Source: Mobula hypostoma (taxonomy: Eukaryota). From it: DNA of 64,000 nt. Below are positions 1 to 11,145 of this stretch, one piece after another. The stretch spans positions 36,582,001 through 36,646,000 of the forward strand of contig NC_086109.1 in NCBI RefSeq assembly GCF_963921235.1, given 5' to 3'. Each line of letters starts with the position of its first letter. The stretch's first letter is position 1. The position numbers were made by a program, and so were the translations under genes. Below the pieces are notes generated by a model. That model did not search any database, was not told the origin of the DNA, and saw only the letters and a list, made by a program, of their open reading frames with translations.

Positions 1-573
1 GGGACTCTTCTTATTCATGGGACAGACTCAGGCACAAGACATAAAACACTGAGCCGGGAATCCTCCTTAGACACAGGACGAAGTCTGGACTCTTCTTGAC
101 ACAGGGTCAGGACCCTTCTAAGGTACAGGGCTGGGACCCCTTTTAGACACAGGACATAGATACGGAGACCACACAACGATAGACAGTACTATAACTGGAC
201 TCACATGCGCTCCAAGCAATAGCGAGCTCTTGACTCACCCCGGTGGGTTAACTGACTGACCCGCTCTGGCAAGGGAAGGCGGCTTGCTCGTACTTGCTTT
301 GGGAGGACACTTGGCTTACTCCGGCAAGAAACTTAGTTGGCTCCGGCCAGATGATATTGGCTTGTACTAGCTTTGGTGCCTTTGTTAACGCTCTCGCCCC
401 GAACGGCTGAAAGCCAGAGACTTATAAACTGCTAGTTCAATCGAGAGTAAATTGCCTTTAATCACCAAGCCTGAGGGACACGGGAAAACAGGGAATTAAA
501 GGGAAACAAGGAGTCAACGGTCCCGATCGTAACACAAAGGAAATTTAAAGGGAACCCGATCCGGATCATGACA
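1..573 (-). mobile_element. Partial LTR (Gypsy-type), cut by the window start
   Basis: Ends at 573 in ...CATGACA, which reads TGTCATG on the minus strand, a typical LTR terminus. There is an abrupt switch to AT-rich DNA afterwards and degenerate internal repeats (GGGAC...GACACAG) at 1-160. Confidence 0.5.
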
Positions 574-1202
574 CTTTAGTAGAAATAAATTTACAGATAA
601 ATTATTTTTTTATGAATTGTTAAAAATTAGTGAATGGTGTTAATTGTTGAAAGAGGCATGAACCCAATTCTGAAAATAGTGATTATCTTTATTAATAAAA
701 CCAAGGGTCCCTTTTGCATCTTCAAATTGCTTTCTCAGAGCAGTTTGAAAACTTCTCAGAAGTTTACCACCTTCAGAGATTTGTTTGAATATATCCTCCT
801 AAGAGATGATTTCACCTGCATTAAAAGGGACAAATTTGTTTTTGTACCTAATACTTTTTCTCGATGTTGTATCTCCAAACTTTTAAATGAAGTCTTACAT
901 ATCCAAATTATTGATGTCTATTGCAAAATGCAGCAGACCCCACATTGATATCTCAGATACGCAACAGTATACTTCACAGGTTGTTCACCCTTACCAGCTC
1001 TGTGTCTTTTAACCACTTTTATTTCACTGCTGCAACTGTCTCTATTTTTAAAATGTTTTATTGTGTTTCAAAGTCTTGAATTATTGATTTGCTTTTACCA
1101 GAATCAGCATTAACAAAATTTCCATTTGGTAGACCCTGAGCATGAATTCAATAGCCACAGGTCTCAGCACCATCCTTTTTGTAAAAGTTAGCCATCAGAC
1201 CA

Positions 1203-1400
1203 TTCAAAGTTCAAAGTAAGTTTATTTTCAAACTACATATCTGTCACCATAAAAAACCCTGAGATACATTTTCTTGCAGACATTCACAGGAAATAGAAGA
1301 AACACAATGGAATCAATGAAAGAAATACTGCACCAACCTGGGCATTCAGACAGTGTGCAAAAGACAAGCTATGCAATAAAAAAAAGAATAATATTAATAA
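1203..1400 (-). mobile_element. 3' UTR of a Rex1/Babar-type LINE
   Basis: Homologous by eye to 23366-23580, which continues into a Rex/Babar ORF end, and to 60185-60270. Confidence 0.55.
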
Positions 1401-2575
1401 TGATAATAAATGATGATAAATGCAGAACATGCCAATAGAATCTAGAACAATCCAACACATTAGGGAGTACAAAGAAGGTTCACCAGATTGATTCCTGGGA
1501 TGGCAGGACTTTCATATGAAGAAAGACTGGATGAACTGGGCTTGTACTCATTGGAATTTAGAAGATTGAAGGGGGATCTGATTGAAACGTATAAAATCAT
1601 AAAGGGATTGGACAGGCTAGATGCAGGAAGATTGTTCCCGATGTTGGGGAAGTCCAGAACAAGGGGTCACAGTTTGAGGATAAAGGGGAAGCCTTTTAGG
1701 ACCGAGATTAGGAAAAACTTCTTCACACAGAGAGTGGTGAATCTGTGGAATTCTCTGCCACAGGAAACAGTTGAGGCCAGTTCATTGGCAATATTTAAGA
1801 GGGAGTTAGATATGGCCCTTGTGGCTACGGGGATCAGGGGTATGGAGGGAAGGCTGGGGCGGGGTTCTGAGTTGGATGATCAGCCATGATCATAATAAAT
1901 GGCGGTGCAGGCTCGAAGGGTCGAATGGCCTACTCCTGCACCTATTTTCTATGTTTCTATGTTTCTATTACAGGCAGCTTAACTCAATCTGATTAATTAC
2001 ACAGGCACATTCAAGTGGCAAACACAATTCACCAAAATCTTGCTTTAAAATATAAACTCAGACAAGAAACCATACCTTACTATAAATACACACCTGATCT
2101 ACTTTTAGAGTCGGAGTCCAACAAATTATATTACGACCAATCAGTTATTACAGAAAAGACAATCCCTAACAACCGTCCGATGTAGTAATAGATTAAACAA
2201 GCAAGATTGGCTTACCTAATAGATGTAGCCATTCCAAACATACATATAACACACAGAAATCAATGAGAAAAACACCGGAAATATGCTGAATTAAAAGAGG
2301 AAGCTGAAAGGCAATGAAACAAGAACAGGGAGTACATTGTCCCAATAGTAATATTTACAATTGGTATCATCCCAAAGTCACTACACAATAGCATTGAATA
2401 ATTAGGCCTGTACAGCAATATTTATGTAAATTTCCAGAAAGCCACAATACTAAACACCATTAGAGAAGTCCAAATGTTCCTAGCAATTGACAAATAAGTG
2501 TTCTTGGCTACACCCATGACTCAGGTTTTACCAGCTTGATCTGAGAAAAAAAATACAACAATAATAATAATTATT
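1401..2575 (+). mobile_element. Dong/R4-clade LINE 3' fragment (CCHC knuckle plus restriction-like endonuclease), degenerate, split by a CR1
   Basis: Reads D-K-C-R-T-C...TIQHI at about 1412-1461 and resumes TGS at about 1968. It then shows RH.QVA.TIHQ, TIPNNRP, YLIDVAIP, KYAELKEE, IVPIVI..IGIIPKSL and QKATIL, followed by a (TAA)n tail at about 2560-2575. Confidence 0.75.
1463..1967 (+). mobile_element. CR1 LINE 3' fragment (young family B)
   Basis: ORF 1488-1889 is a CR1 RT C-terminus (LSYEERL..LGLYSLE, FFTQRVVNLWNSLP) with a (CTATGTTT)n tail. Near-identical to 27871-28380 and 33561-34045. Confidence 0.95.
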
Positions 2576-2604
2576 ATTGGGTCTGATCAACCCAGCTCAT
2601 TACA
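2576..2604 (+). repeat. Isolated 3' terminus of an LTR from the same family as the ERV at 39128-48726
   Basis: ATTGGGTCTGATCAACCCAG...TACA matches the LTR ends near 39775-39795 and 48698-48726. Confidence 0.6.
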
Positions 2605-2689
2605 TTTTCAGCATGCATTTTTAGTTCCCTGAAATCCATAATCCAAACTGTACAGTCATTTATCTGGCAGCATTTCTCAATGAGACCTA

Positions 2690-2910
2690 TAGATTGTGTC
2701 ATAGGCGCAGAATTAGGCTATTTGGCCCACCAAGTCTGCTCTGCCATTCCATCATAACTGATTTATTATCCTTCTATACCCCATTTGCCTGCCTTCTCCC
2801 TGTAACCTTTGAATCTTTACTAAACAAGAACCTATCAACTTCCACTTTAAATATATCCAATGACGTGGTCTCGAGTAGCAATGAATTCCACAAATTTACC
2901 ACACTCTGGG
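2690..2910 (-). mobile_element. CR1 3' terminal fragment, degraded
   Basis: Similar to the CR1 3' ends at 21900-22130 and 37866-38160. Confidence 0.7.
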
Positions 2911-3594
2911 TAAACAGGCCAATCCTTTAGCCAGCATTCACCTGTCCTTTGCAACACTCTACTAAATTTTACTGTTTTGCTTTTCTTTGACCAAACATCT
3001 TCACAAATCTGTAGTTCAGCCATTCCTCAGTCTGCACCCCAAACTCAATGTCCAGGTTTGGTGAATCTTAGCATTTCATTTTCTTGTCAAGTATTCAGAG
3101 ATGTAGATGTATGCAGAAATTTAAATGTGTTGGCTACTGGAGGTGCAGGATTACAAGGCCTTACTATTATTGAAGCAGCTGCATGCATGCCAATTAATCC
3201 AACTTAATTTTTTCAGCAATTCCTTACAGAGGTGAGAAAAGGGAAGGAATAGACAATTCTGTTATGTCTCTCTTACACCCAGTATACCTCTGCTTAGAAA
3301 CGTTGCACAAAACAGAAAAGAAGTCCACCAAACATGGACATTGAATTTGGATTGTGAGTAAATGTATGTTGGAAAGCCATCTCTTTAAGCAACATAACCT
3401 GAATATTCCTCATGGTAGATTGCTTGCTTGCAACATTCAATAAATTCAGATTACATTGCAGAGGAGTAAATCTTGACACCTCTGCTTCTGTCTAATATTA
3501 GTAATAAATGTAATTGTTCCTTCTGAACACATCTACTATTGTTTGGTTGATGACTGTAACTTCCAATTGATTGAACCTTTAGTTACTCTGGTAG

Positions 3595-4315
3595 TATAGA
3601 ACATACAACATAGAAAACCTGCAGCACAACACAAGCCCTTCAGCCCACAAAGCTGTGCCAAACATGTCTTTACTTTAGAAATTCCCTACGGTTACCCATA
3701 ACCCTCTATTTTTCTAAGCTCCATATACCTATCCAGGAGTCTCTTAAAAGACCCTGTCATTTCCGCCTCCACCACTGTCCCTGGCAGCCCATTCCATGCA
3801 CTCACCATTCTGCGTAAAAAGCTTACCTCTGACATCTCCTCTGTACCTACTTGCAAGCACCTTAAAACTGTGCTTTCTCGTGTTAGCCATTTCAGCCCTG
3901 GAAAATAGCCTCTGATTATCCACATGATCAATGCCTCTCATCATCTTATACACCTCTATCAGGTCACCTCTCATCCTCTGCTGTTCCAAGGAGAAAAGGC
4001 TATTCACTCAACCTATTCTCATAAGGCATGCACAATCCAGGCAACATCCTTGCAAACCTTCTCTGCACCCTTTCTATACTTACCACATCCTTCCTGTAGT
4101 GAGGTGACCAGAACTGAGCACAGTACTCCAAGTAGGGTCTGACTAGGGTCCGATATAGCTGCAACATTACCTCTCGGCTCCTAAATTCAATTCTACGATT
4201 GATAAAGGCCAATGCACTGTATGCCTTCTTAATCACAGAGTCAACCTGGGCAGCAGCTTTGAGTATCCTATGGACTCGAACCCCAAGATCCCTCTGATCC
4301 TCCACACTGCCAAGA
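3595..4315 (-). mobile_element. CR1 LINE 3' fragment, frameshifted
   Basis: ORFs 4000-4305, 3744-4007 and 3692-3931 give RT C-terminal motifs (QRDLGV, LVRPYLEYCAQFWSP). Tail-like repeat at about 3595-3615. Confidence 0.9.
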
Positions 4316-7302
4316 ACAGACTCATTTTATGAAATGTTTTCAACATTGGAACTAATTTTGAAAAAAAATTACTAAATCTAATGGATGTCAGGGTAGACTA
4401 CCTGAACACTCCAGCAAAGTAAGAGGATTATTTTGCCTCTTTAGTCACTTGCCCTAAACTTTTAGACTATGTGGTGGAACAGATAAACAACCCGATCTGG
4501 TATATGTTCCTAGAAGTGTTGGAGCAGATGGAAATTCTTGAACAGGTGTGTCCACCTCAGGTAAGTATAAGGATCAGGCCACTCTATTACTTTTCTCGAT
4601 CTTTTGTGGACTCTGAAGGTGCACAAACACACACCTGTTCTGTCTGTTTTTATCTTGTGATGTTCTGATCACGAATGATCGTGGTGCATACTGCTGGACT
4701 ATTGTTCCTTTACTGAATTACTCTGAAAGCCAAACAGCTTCATCACACTTGAGCAGTGACAAAGATATTGCTCTGTGCCTGAGATCTTCATTTTCTCACA
4801 CTGTGTTGTCCCAAAATTTCTGGCTTTGTTTAGGTTCGGTAAGTGAGATTGGAGAAGGGAAGAAAGAACAGGCAGGCTTGCTTTCAGTCTTCAGCACACT
4901 GGCAGCTTTGATGGACTGTAGCATCTGCAAGAGGTGTAGAGCAATAAGCCAGCAGTACTTTGTAGGACTCTTTTGCCTTCAGTAGGAGACTCTTAACCAT
5001 TTGCTCTGCTCTTTCTGCTTCTAGATTTGCTTGTGGGTACTGTTTGTCAGGTGTTTTAACTCATAGTCCCTAGCAAAGGGTTTGAGCTCTGAGCAGTTGA
5101 GTTGTGGATTGCTGTCTGACACAAATGTCTCTGGTACTCTATGGCAAGCAAATACAGCTTTCAAGTGCTGTATACTGCTGCTGAGGATGTAGAGAGCAGC
5201 TTGGACACCTTGACATTCCATGAGTAGTAATCCACAGTGAGAAAATATTTGTCTCTTTTCAGCTCAAGCACGTCCTTGCCGGCAATTTGCCATGGAAAGT
5301 CTGGGAACTCTGTGAGACAGAGAAGGTTAACAGGATTTTTGTGCAGTTTTCTGCATGCTTCACATTGCTTTACATAATCTCCCAGCTGTGTGCTTAGGCC
5401 ACCAAATGGATTGTCTTGCTCTTAGGCAATATTTTTCAATGCTTTGATGTTCTTAGTGGATTTACCTGAGGATTTTGGCATGCATAAAAGCACAGATGAG
5501 TCTCTCGCCCCTTACTAGCAAACCATCAAGAATGGTGACCCTCACAGAATTGTATGATCTTGCTGCAGATTTGGTCCTTTTTCAACTCTGTGAGATTTTC
5601 GTCCAGATTTACTCTGTAATGCAGGAAAAGTTTCACGTACCTGAGTTAAGTAGATGTTGGTGTCTACCATGAAGGGGGAGTCAGCTTCCATCCAGTCACT
5701 TTTGCATGGTGTCCTCGACAGATGGTCTGATGTTGTGAAAGGTTTGCCAGGGACATAACAGTATCGCATAAGCTTCATCATTCTGAATCTTTTTAGACAT
5801 GGAGGTAAGTTATCTGAGTGTTTTGAGAAGAGTAGGCTGACAAGTGGCTTGTGGTCTGTTTCAGATAGGAATTTAGTGCCTATCAAGCAGCAGATGCATT
5901 CACAAGTCTGCATGACAGCCCGCATCTCCTTTTCAATTTGGGCGTAATGCTGCTCAGTAAGAGTCAGTGCTCTTGATACATATGCCATTTGTTTCCTTAC
6001 ACCACTGAAGTACTGCATGACCACTCCCTAGACCAAAGGAAGAGGAGTCTGCTGAGACCATGCTTACTTTGTTCGGATCAAAACATGCCAATGGTGCCAG
6101 AGAGATAAGCTCTGGTTTGAGTGATGAGAATGATTCGGTGGTGTGTCCTAGGTCCAAACATTTCTCTGAGAGGTGGTCATGTAGTGGCTTTGTTTTCTCT
6201 GCCAAATATGGAATTAACTTTCCCAGCTGGTTTACCATGCCAAGAAAACTGATGACCTCTGATACGTTCCATGTTCCGAACTCCTGCCAGTTTGTCTGAC
6301 TCTCATTGCACTCCCTCTGAGGACAGTTGGTGGTCTAAGAACTTCACCTCCAACTTTGCAAATTCATATTTCTTTTTGTTCAGGGTGATTCCAATCAGTT
6401 TCAGTTTCTCCAAGGCAGCTTGCACTCTTTTGTCATGTCCCTCGCTTAAGCCTCCATAGATGAGTATATCATTCATGTGGCAGACTACTTCTTCCAGTCC
6501 CTCTGAAGTTTGGTTCATCCTCATCTGAAAGAGTCCCGGGGTTGATGAGATGCCAAAAGGGAGTCTGTTGAGGACAGAGCATCCACATGGAATAATAAAG
6601 TTTGTGACCTTCTGTAACTCAGAAGTTAAACAACCCTGAGTTTGCATCTAGGTTGTTGAAGAACTTTGCTCCACCCAACATACCTAACGTGTGCTCAACA
6701 GAGGAGAGAGTAAATTTCTCCCACCTCACTACATTATTCATTTTTGGTAGATCAACATAGATGCTCACTGCGTTATCTGGCTTGGGAACAAGAACAATAC
6801 CCACACATTAGTCAGTAGGTCCATTCATTCAAGCCCTTCCAAGCACCTCCATTCTCCCAAGTTCAGCTTTGACTTTGTTCATCAATGGGACTGACAAATA
6901 CCTCACTGTGGTCAGAGAGCAGGGCATCACTCCTGACCTCAGATGGATAAGGTACTCTTCTTTCAGTAACCCCTGGCCTGCGAACAACCCTGGGTACTTC
7001 TCCTGCCCCTAAACATTGTTTAGAAAATCCAACCTTGCAATGAGGTTCAGCTTCTTGATGGCATGCTATCCCAGTTATGGTGAGAAGAGATTCTGAACAA
7101 TATAGACAGCCTCTTTTAACTGTTTTACATTTTTATGGATGGAAGTAGTAAACATTGCTTTCACATTGACCTAATGTTTCCCTGGCCCATGAGCAATTTC
7201 TTTGTTGGATTTAGTGTAATGCCTTGTTTTCTTCACCAGTTTTGTGACCAGCCATTTGGGGATCTGCCCCTGTGTCCATTTTGAACATCACTGTCTCATT
7301 TT

Positions 7303-8098
7303 CAATAGTTCAATGGTTTGATTTAATATCATAGAATGTATACAGTATACAACTTGAAATTCTTACTCTTTGCAGACATCCATGAAACAGAAAAAAAAAA
7401 TAATGAATAACAGAAACATCAGAACCCCAAAGCCACCCCACACACAAGCAGCAGGAAAAGCATCAACCCTTCCCCACTCCCCCCCATTTGCCCCAGCAAA
7501 AGCACCGATCCCTCCCTCACCATGAAACCAACAGACAAGCCCCCAAAGAAACCATGGTCTGGGGTCCATCCCAACACTTTGGTATCTCAGACAGGCTCCC
7601 TCTCACTAGTGTGGGAGAGAGAGGACGCTCTGCAGAAACGAGAGCAGGAGACCCGCAGCTCCTGCCTCGATGTTACAATCTTCCACGTCGCTTCTCCAAC
7701 TCCCCCAACTCAAGGACCAACAGGGTCTCACTCCCCATCAAAAGAAAGAGAGAGAGGATCGCTCGAGTGCAGCGACTTCTTCTGACAGCAGCACACATTA
7801 CCTGCTGTTTCACTGTTACAGTCTCCCGCGATGCTTCAGCAGCGACATCAGCGAGGAATCAGGTCATCAAGGGGGCAGCACCCCGAAGGTGTGTTCCAGG
7901 CTAAGCACCGGGCCACACAACGAGTCTGAAATCCCACTTGCAGAGAAGCAAAGTTTGAGCTGTAGCTGTTGATCACAGACTCTGACAGGACCCCAGGCAC
8001 CTTCAAAAGAAAAGAGAGACATGAGAAAAGAAGAATAAGCTTTTTCACGGACAAACTGTAAGATGTCACCAAGGTCAGCAAAGACATCTAGCGCCACC
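7303..8098 (-). mobile_element. Non-coding retroposon (non-autonomous LINE derivative) inserted in the Gypsy protease region
   Basis: Interrupts the Gypsy sequence just upstream of the DTGAD motif. Its 5' and 3' parts are homologous to 15075-15940, and its 3' part to 46640-46915. Confidence 0.7.
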
Positions 8099-9370
8099 TT
8101 TACGACTGAAAATGTTTCTATTTGCAACTGAGCAGTAGTGTCCCTGCCTTGTCTATTTTCGTCTAAAACACGATCTTCTTTGACCTCCTGAAGAATTGTT
8201 TTTGAGTGAATCCGGCTTTTATAATGGCCAACTCTATTGCACTTCACTTCACTTCTTTTACTGGGCAGAGCTCTTTGACGAGGAATGGAGACTTGTCGCA
8301 TCTTCTGCAGTTTGATATTTTACCTGCTCTTTGTTTTGCTTGTCTGTTTTGTTTGAGCTGAGCTCCGGTGTCACCTCTGTCTGTTGTTTTTCTGACAGCA
8401 CTTGTATGTACCCTTCTTCTTGTAGAGCTTCTAGCTTTATCTCAGCATTGTTTTTGTTCCCGAGTTCTGCCTTTTGCTGATGAACATTCTCACTCTGCCT
8501 GACCATCGTATTAGCTTTCTCTCGTGTGAGATTTGCCTGCAATTGAAGTGTCTCTGACAATTTGGTATCCAGTAGCTCAACTACAGTCTTGTCTCTGATG
8601 AGCTCACCTCTGAGATTTCTATATGCAGTTGTCTAACAGAGCATACAATGTTGTGATGTAATCATTTACACTTTCGTCTTGCTCTTGGCTACTTGAGTTG
8701 AAATTTGCCCTCTTGTTTTCACATTTTCCTTTCCTATGAAATACTCTTTGAATTTGTCCTGCACTTTTTTGTACTCCTTTTTCTGAGCATCTGTAAGTAC
8801 TAATCCACCCATGATGTCATCTGCTTTGTCACCCATGTAGTATATCAGTGTGCTTACTTTATGTTCTTCTGAAACCTGAGTCAGATTGCTTGCAATCCTA
8901 TATCTCTTAAAGTGTCAGAACCTTCTCTCGAAGTCCCCTGTATTAGAGAAATTAACCGTCTCAGGAGACTTTATTAGGGAAGTAGATGCAGGTACTACAG
9001 GTATTTGCCCCATTTTCCTGTTTGTTTGTTCATTTATTATTTTATTTATTTGGACTACAAAAGTATTCTTTTCTCTCCTTGTGAGTTTAACTGACTTCTC
9101 TGCTGTGTCGGTCTCTCGGTGCGTTTCTCCAGACTAGTGGCCCACAGGTTATTACAATGTATCCACTTTTGGGCGTAGCTTGAAGACATTGCCTAGCCCT
9201 TCTCAACTCATGCTTCATGGTGCATACATTTATCAACTAGCATCGGCAGCTCAGGTTGATACGTCTCTGGATGTTTTTCATAGATATGTGTGAACACCAA
9301 CAGGCTGACAGTAAATTTTTTCTTGTTGGGAAACTCACTTGGTTTGTAGCACCAATTCACCAACAATCAA

Positions 9371-9385
9371 CCACTTTTGACACTC
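9371..9385 (-). promoter_or_regulatory. Degenerate primer-binding site (tRNA-Leu-like) of the Gypsy element
   Basis: CCACTTTTGACACTC resembles the tRNA-Leu 3' end CCACTTCTGACACCA and lies directly beside the putative LTR. Confidence 0.55.
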
Positions 9386-9552
9386 TGCTGTGTTTGTTAC
9401 TGAAGGATAGTACAGAGCACACCAGACACCAGAATGCAGGATACCCAACTGAACTTTATCGATATAAGCATTCTTGTGCAGTATGTGAACTCTTCCCATG
9501 TGCAAATGGCTAAAATAATGGCACAAGGATAACACTATTATCTACTACTACA
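9386..9552 (-). repeat. Putative 5' LTR of the Gypsy element
   Basis: TG...CA bounded segment adjacent to the PBS. Confidence 0.5.
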
Positions 9553-9944
9553 CCAGGAACATCATCAAGGCTGATATTTTTACCATGAGAATGGATAAAC
9601 ACTGTGCTGTAAGACTGCTTCAAGACCAGTCTCTGAAATTATCCTTCTTTTGCCAAAGACTTAGTGAAATGATTACTTGACTTTTAGTCGTTAAGTTTGA
9701 CATCAATGGATGCAAGGCAGAGAGCGTTCTGGCCTCTAGAGGTGCAGTTCATTTTCTATGGACATCACTATCTGTATTTAAGTTGTTTTTTTTATATAAT
9801 TTCCTGCACAGGTTAATTTGGATTCAATTTGAAGCGCATGGTAGAAAGACATCTATCTCCATCTTTTGTTTATTTGTCCTTGAAACAGCAATATCTGTGA
9901 GTCTTAAGTTTTTGTTAATATTGGTAAATATTGAAGCAAGTATT

Positions 9945-10249
9945 TTTTTAGGCATCAGTTAGTCTCATTAGACCATGGATTTGTGCCTTGGAAAGTTTCC
10001 AGAGCCCAGGCCTGGGCAACGTTGTATGGAAGACCAGCAGTTGCCCATGCTGCGTCTCCCCTCTCCACGCCACCAACGTTGTCCAAGTGAAGGGCATTAG
10101 GACCCATACAGCTTGGCACCAGTGTCATCGCAGAGCAATGTGTGATTAAGTGCCTTGCTCAAGGACACAACACGCTGCCTTGGCTGGGGCTCGAACTCAC
10201 GACCTTCAGATCGCTAGTCGAATGCCTTAACCATTTGGCCAAGTGCCAA
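9945..10249 (-). mobile_element. tRNA-derived SINE
   Basis: Minus strand shows an A-box TGGCCAAATGG and a B-box GAGTTCGAGCC, then the conserved SINE central motif GTGTCCTTGAGCAAGGCACTTAA and an A-rich end. Confidence 0.85.
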
Positions 10250-10722
10250 CTATCAACTCCCTTGTCCATTCGTCCCTCCCATCCCTCCCCACTGATCTCC
10301 CTCCTGGCACTTATCCGTGTAAGCAGAACAAGTGCTACACATGCCCTTACACTTCCTCCCTTACCACCATTCAGGGCCCCAAACAGTCCTTCCAGGTGAG
10401 GCAACACTTCACCTGTGAGTCGACTGGGGTGATATACTGCGTCCGGTGCTCCCGATGTGGCCTTTTATACATTGGCGAGACCCAACGCAGACTGGGAGAC
10501 CACTTTGCTGAACATCTACGCTCTGTCCGCCAGAGAAAGCAGGATCTCCCAGTGGCCACACATTTTAATTCCACATCCCATTCCCATTCTGACATGTCTA
10601 TCCACGGCCTCCTCTACTGTAAAGATGAAGCCACACTCAGGTTGGAGGAACAACAGCTTATATTCCGTCTGGGTAGCCTCCAACCTGATGGCATGAACAT
10701 CGACTTCTCTAACTTCCGCTAA
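10243..10722 (+). CDS. PLE GIY-YIG endonuclease domain (C-terminal fragment of the element ORF; the start is not real)
   Basis: PGTYPC...CYTC, FTCESTGVIYCVRC..CGLLYIGET.RRL...FAEH, R..E..LI..LG...P.GMN. Confidence 0.9.
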   Translation: MPTINSLVHSSLPSLPTDLPPGTYPCKQNKCYTCPYTSSLTTIQGPKQSFQVRQHFTCESTGVIYCVRCSRCGLLYIGETQRRLGDHFAEHLRSVRQRKQDLPVATHFNSTSHSHSDMSIHGLLYCKDEATLRLEEQQLIFRLGSLQPDGMNIDFSNFR

Positions 10723-11145
10723 GGCCCCACCTCCCCCTCGTACCCCATCTGTTACTCATTTTTATGCACACATTCTTTCTCTCACTCTCCATTTTCTCCC
10801 TCTGTCCCTCTGAATATACCTCTTGCCCATCCTCTGGGTCCCCCCCCCCTTGTCTTTCTTCCCGGACCTCCCGTCCCATGATCCTCTCGTATCCCCTTTT
10901 GCCTATCACCTGTCCAGCTCTCGGCTCTATCCCTCCCCCTCCTGTCTTCTCCTATCATTTTGGATCTCCCCCTCCCCCTCCAACTTTCAAATCCCTTACT
11001 CACTCTTCCTTCAGTTAGTCCTGACGAAGGGTCTCAGCCTGAAACGTCGGCCCTTCCTACAGATGCTGCTTGGCATGCTGCGTTCACCAGCAACTTTGAT
11101 GTGTGTTGCTTGAATTTCCAGCATCTGCAGAATTCCTGTTGTTTG
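10254..11145 (+). mobile_element. Penelope-like element, 5'-truncated (GIY-YIG endonuclease plus pLTR)
   Basis: GIY-YIG ORF, pyrimidine-rich spacer and hammerhead-bearing pLTR, flanked by the repeat TGCCAACTAT (10244-10253 and 11144-11153). Confidence 0.92.
11017..11052 (+). ncRNA. Minimal type I hammerhead ribozyme motif in a PLE pLTR
   Basis: AGTC-CTGACGA-AGG(GTCTCAG)CCT-GAAAC-GTC-GGCC contains the CUGANGA and GAAA core, stem II, a GUC cleavage triplet and a short stem I. Confidence 0.75.

Larger units (their letters stand above)
4400..9552 (-). mobile_element. Gypsy/Ty3 LTR retrotransposon, decayed (5' LTR, PBS, gag, PR, RT, RNase H, IN; 3' LTR not found)
   Basis: Gag lies at about 8180-9000 (KVSTLIYYMGDKADDI). 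Protease FKMDTGAD is at about 7260-7290. RT shows RLPFGISSTPG and HMNDILIYG (6303-6647). RNase H shows SADSSSFGLG, YAQIEKE and ETDHKPL. Integrase shows PETFVSDSNPQ (5021-5221). The PR-RT-RH-IN order is Gypsy. Many stops and frameshifts. Confidence 0.9.

Noticed and set aside
1..160. CRISPR-like spaced repeats
   Set aside because: The repeats are degenerate and irregular, lie inside an LTR in eukaryotic DNA, and have no cas genes nearby.
634..948. 104-aa ORF
   Set aside because: AT-rich, with no motif or splice support; likely random.
2970..3065. Minus-strand frame PNLDIEFGVQTEEWLNYRF as a terminal exon
   Set aside because: There is an in-frame stop just upstream, no pyrimidine tract, and no recognisable homology.
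3480..4400. 3' LTR of the Gypsy element
   Set aside because: I found no match to 9386-9552 and no polypurine tract.
10170..10249. tRNA gene
   Set aside because: It continues into a SINE body with no acceptor stem or terminator, so it is a SINE head.
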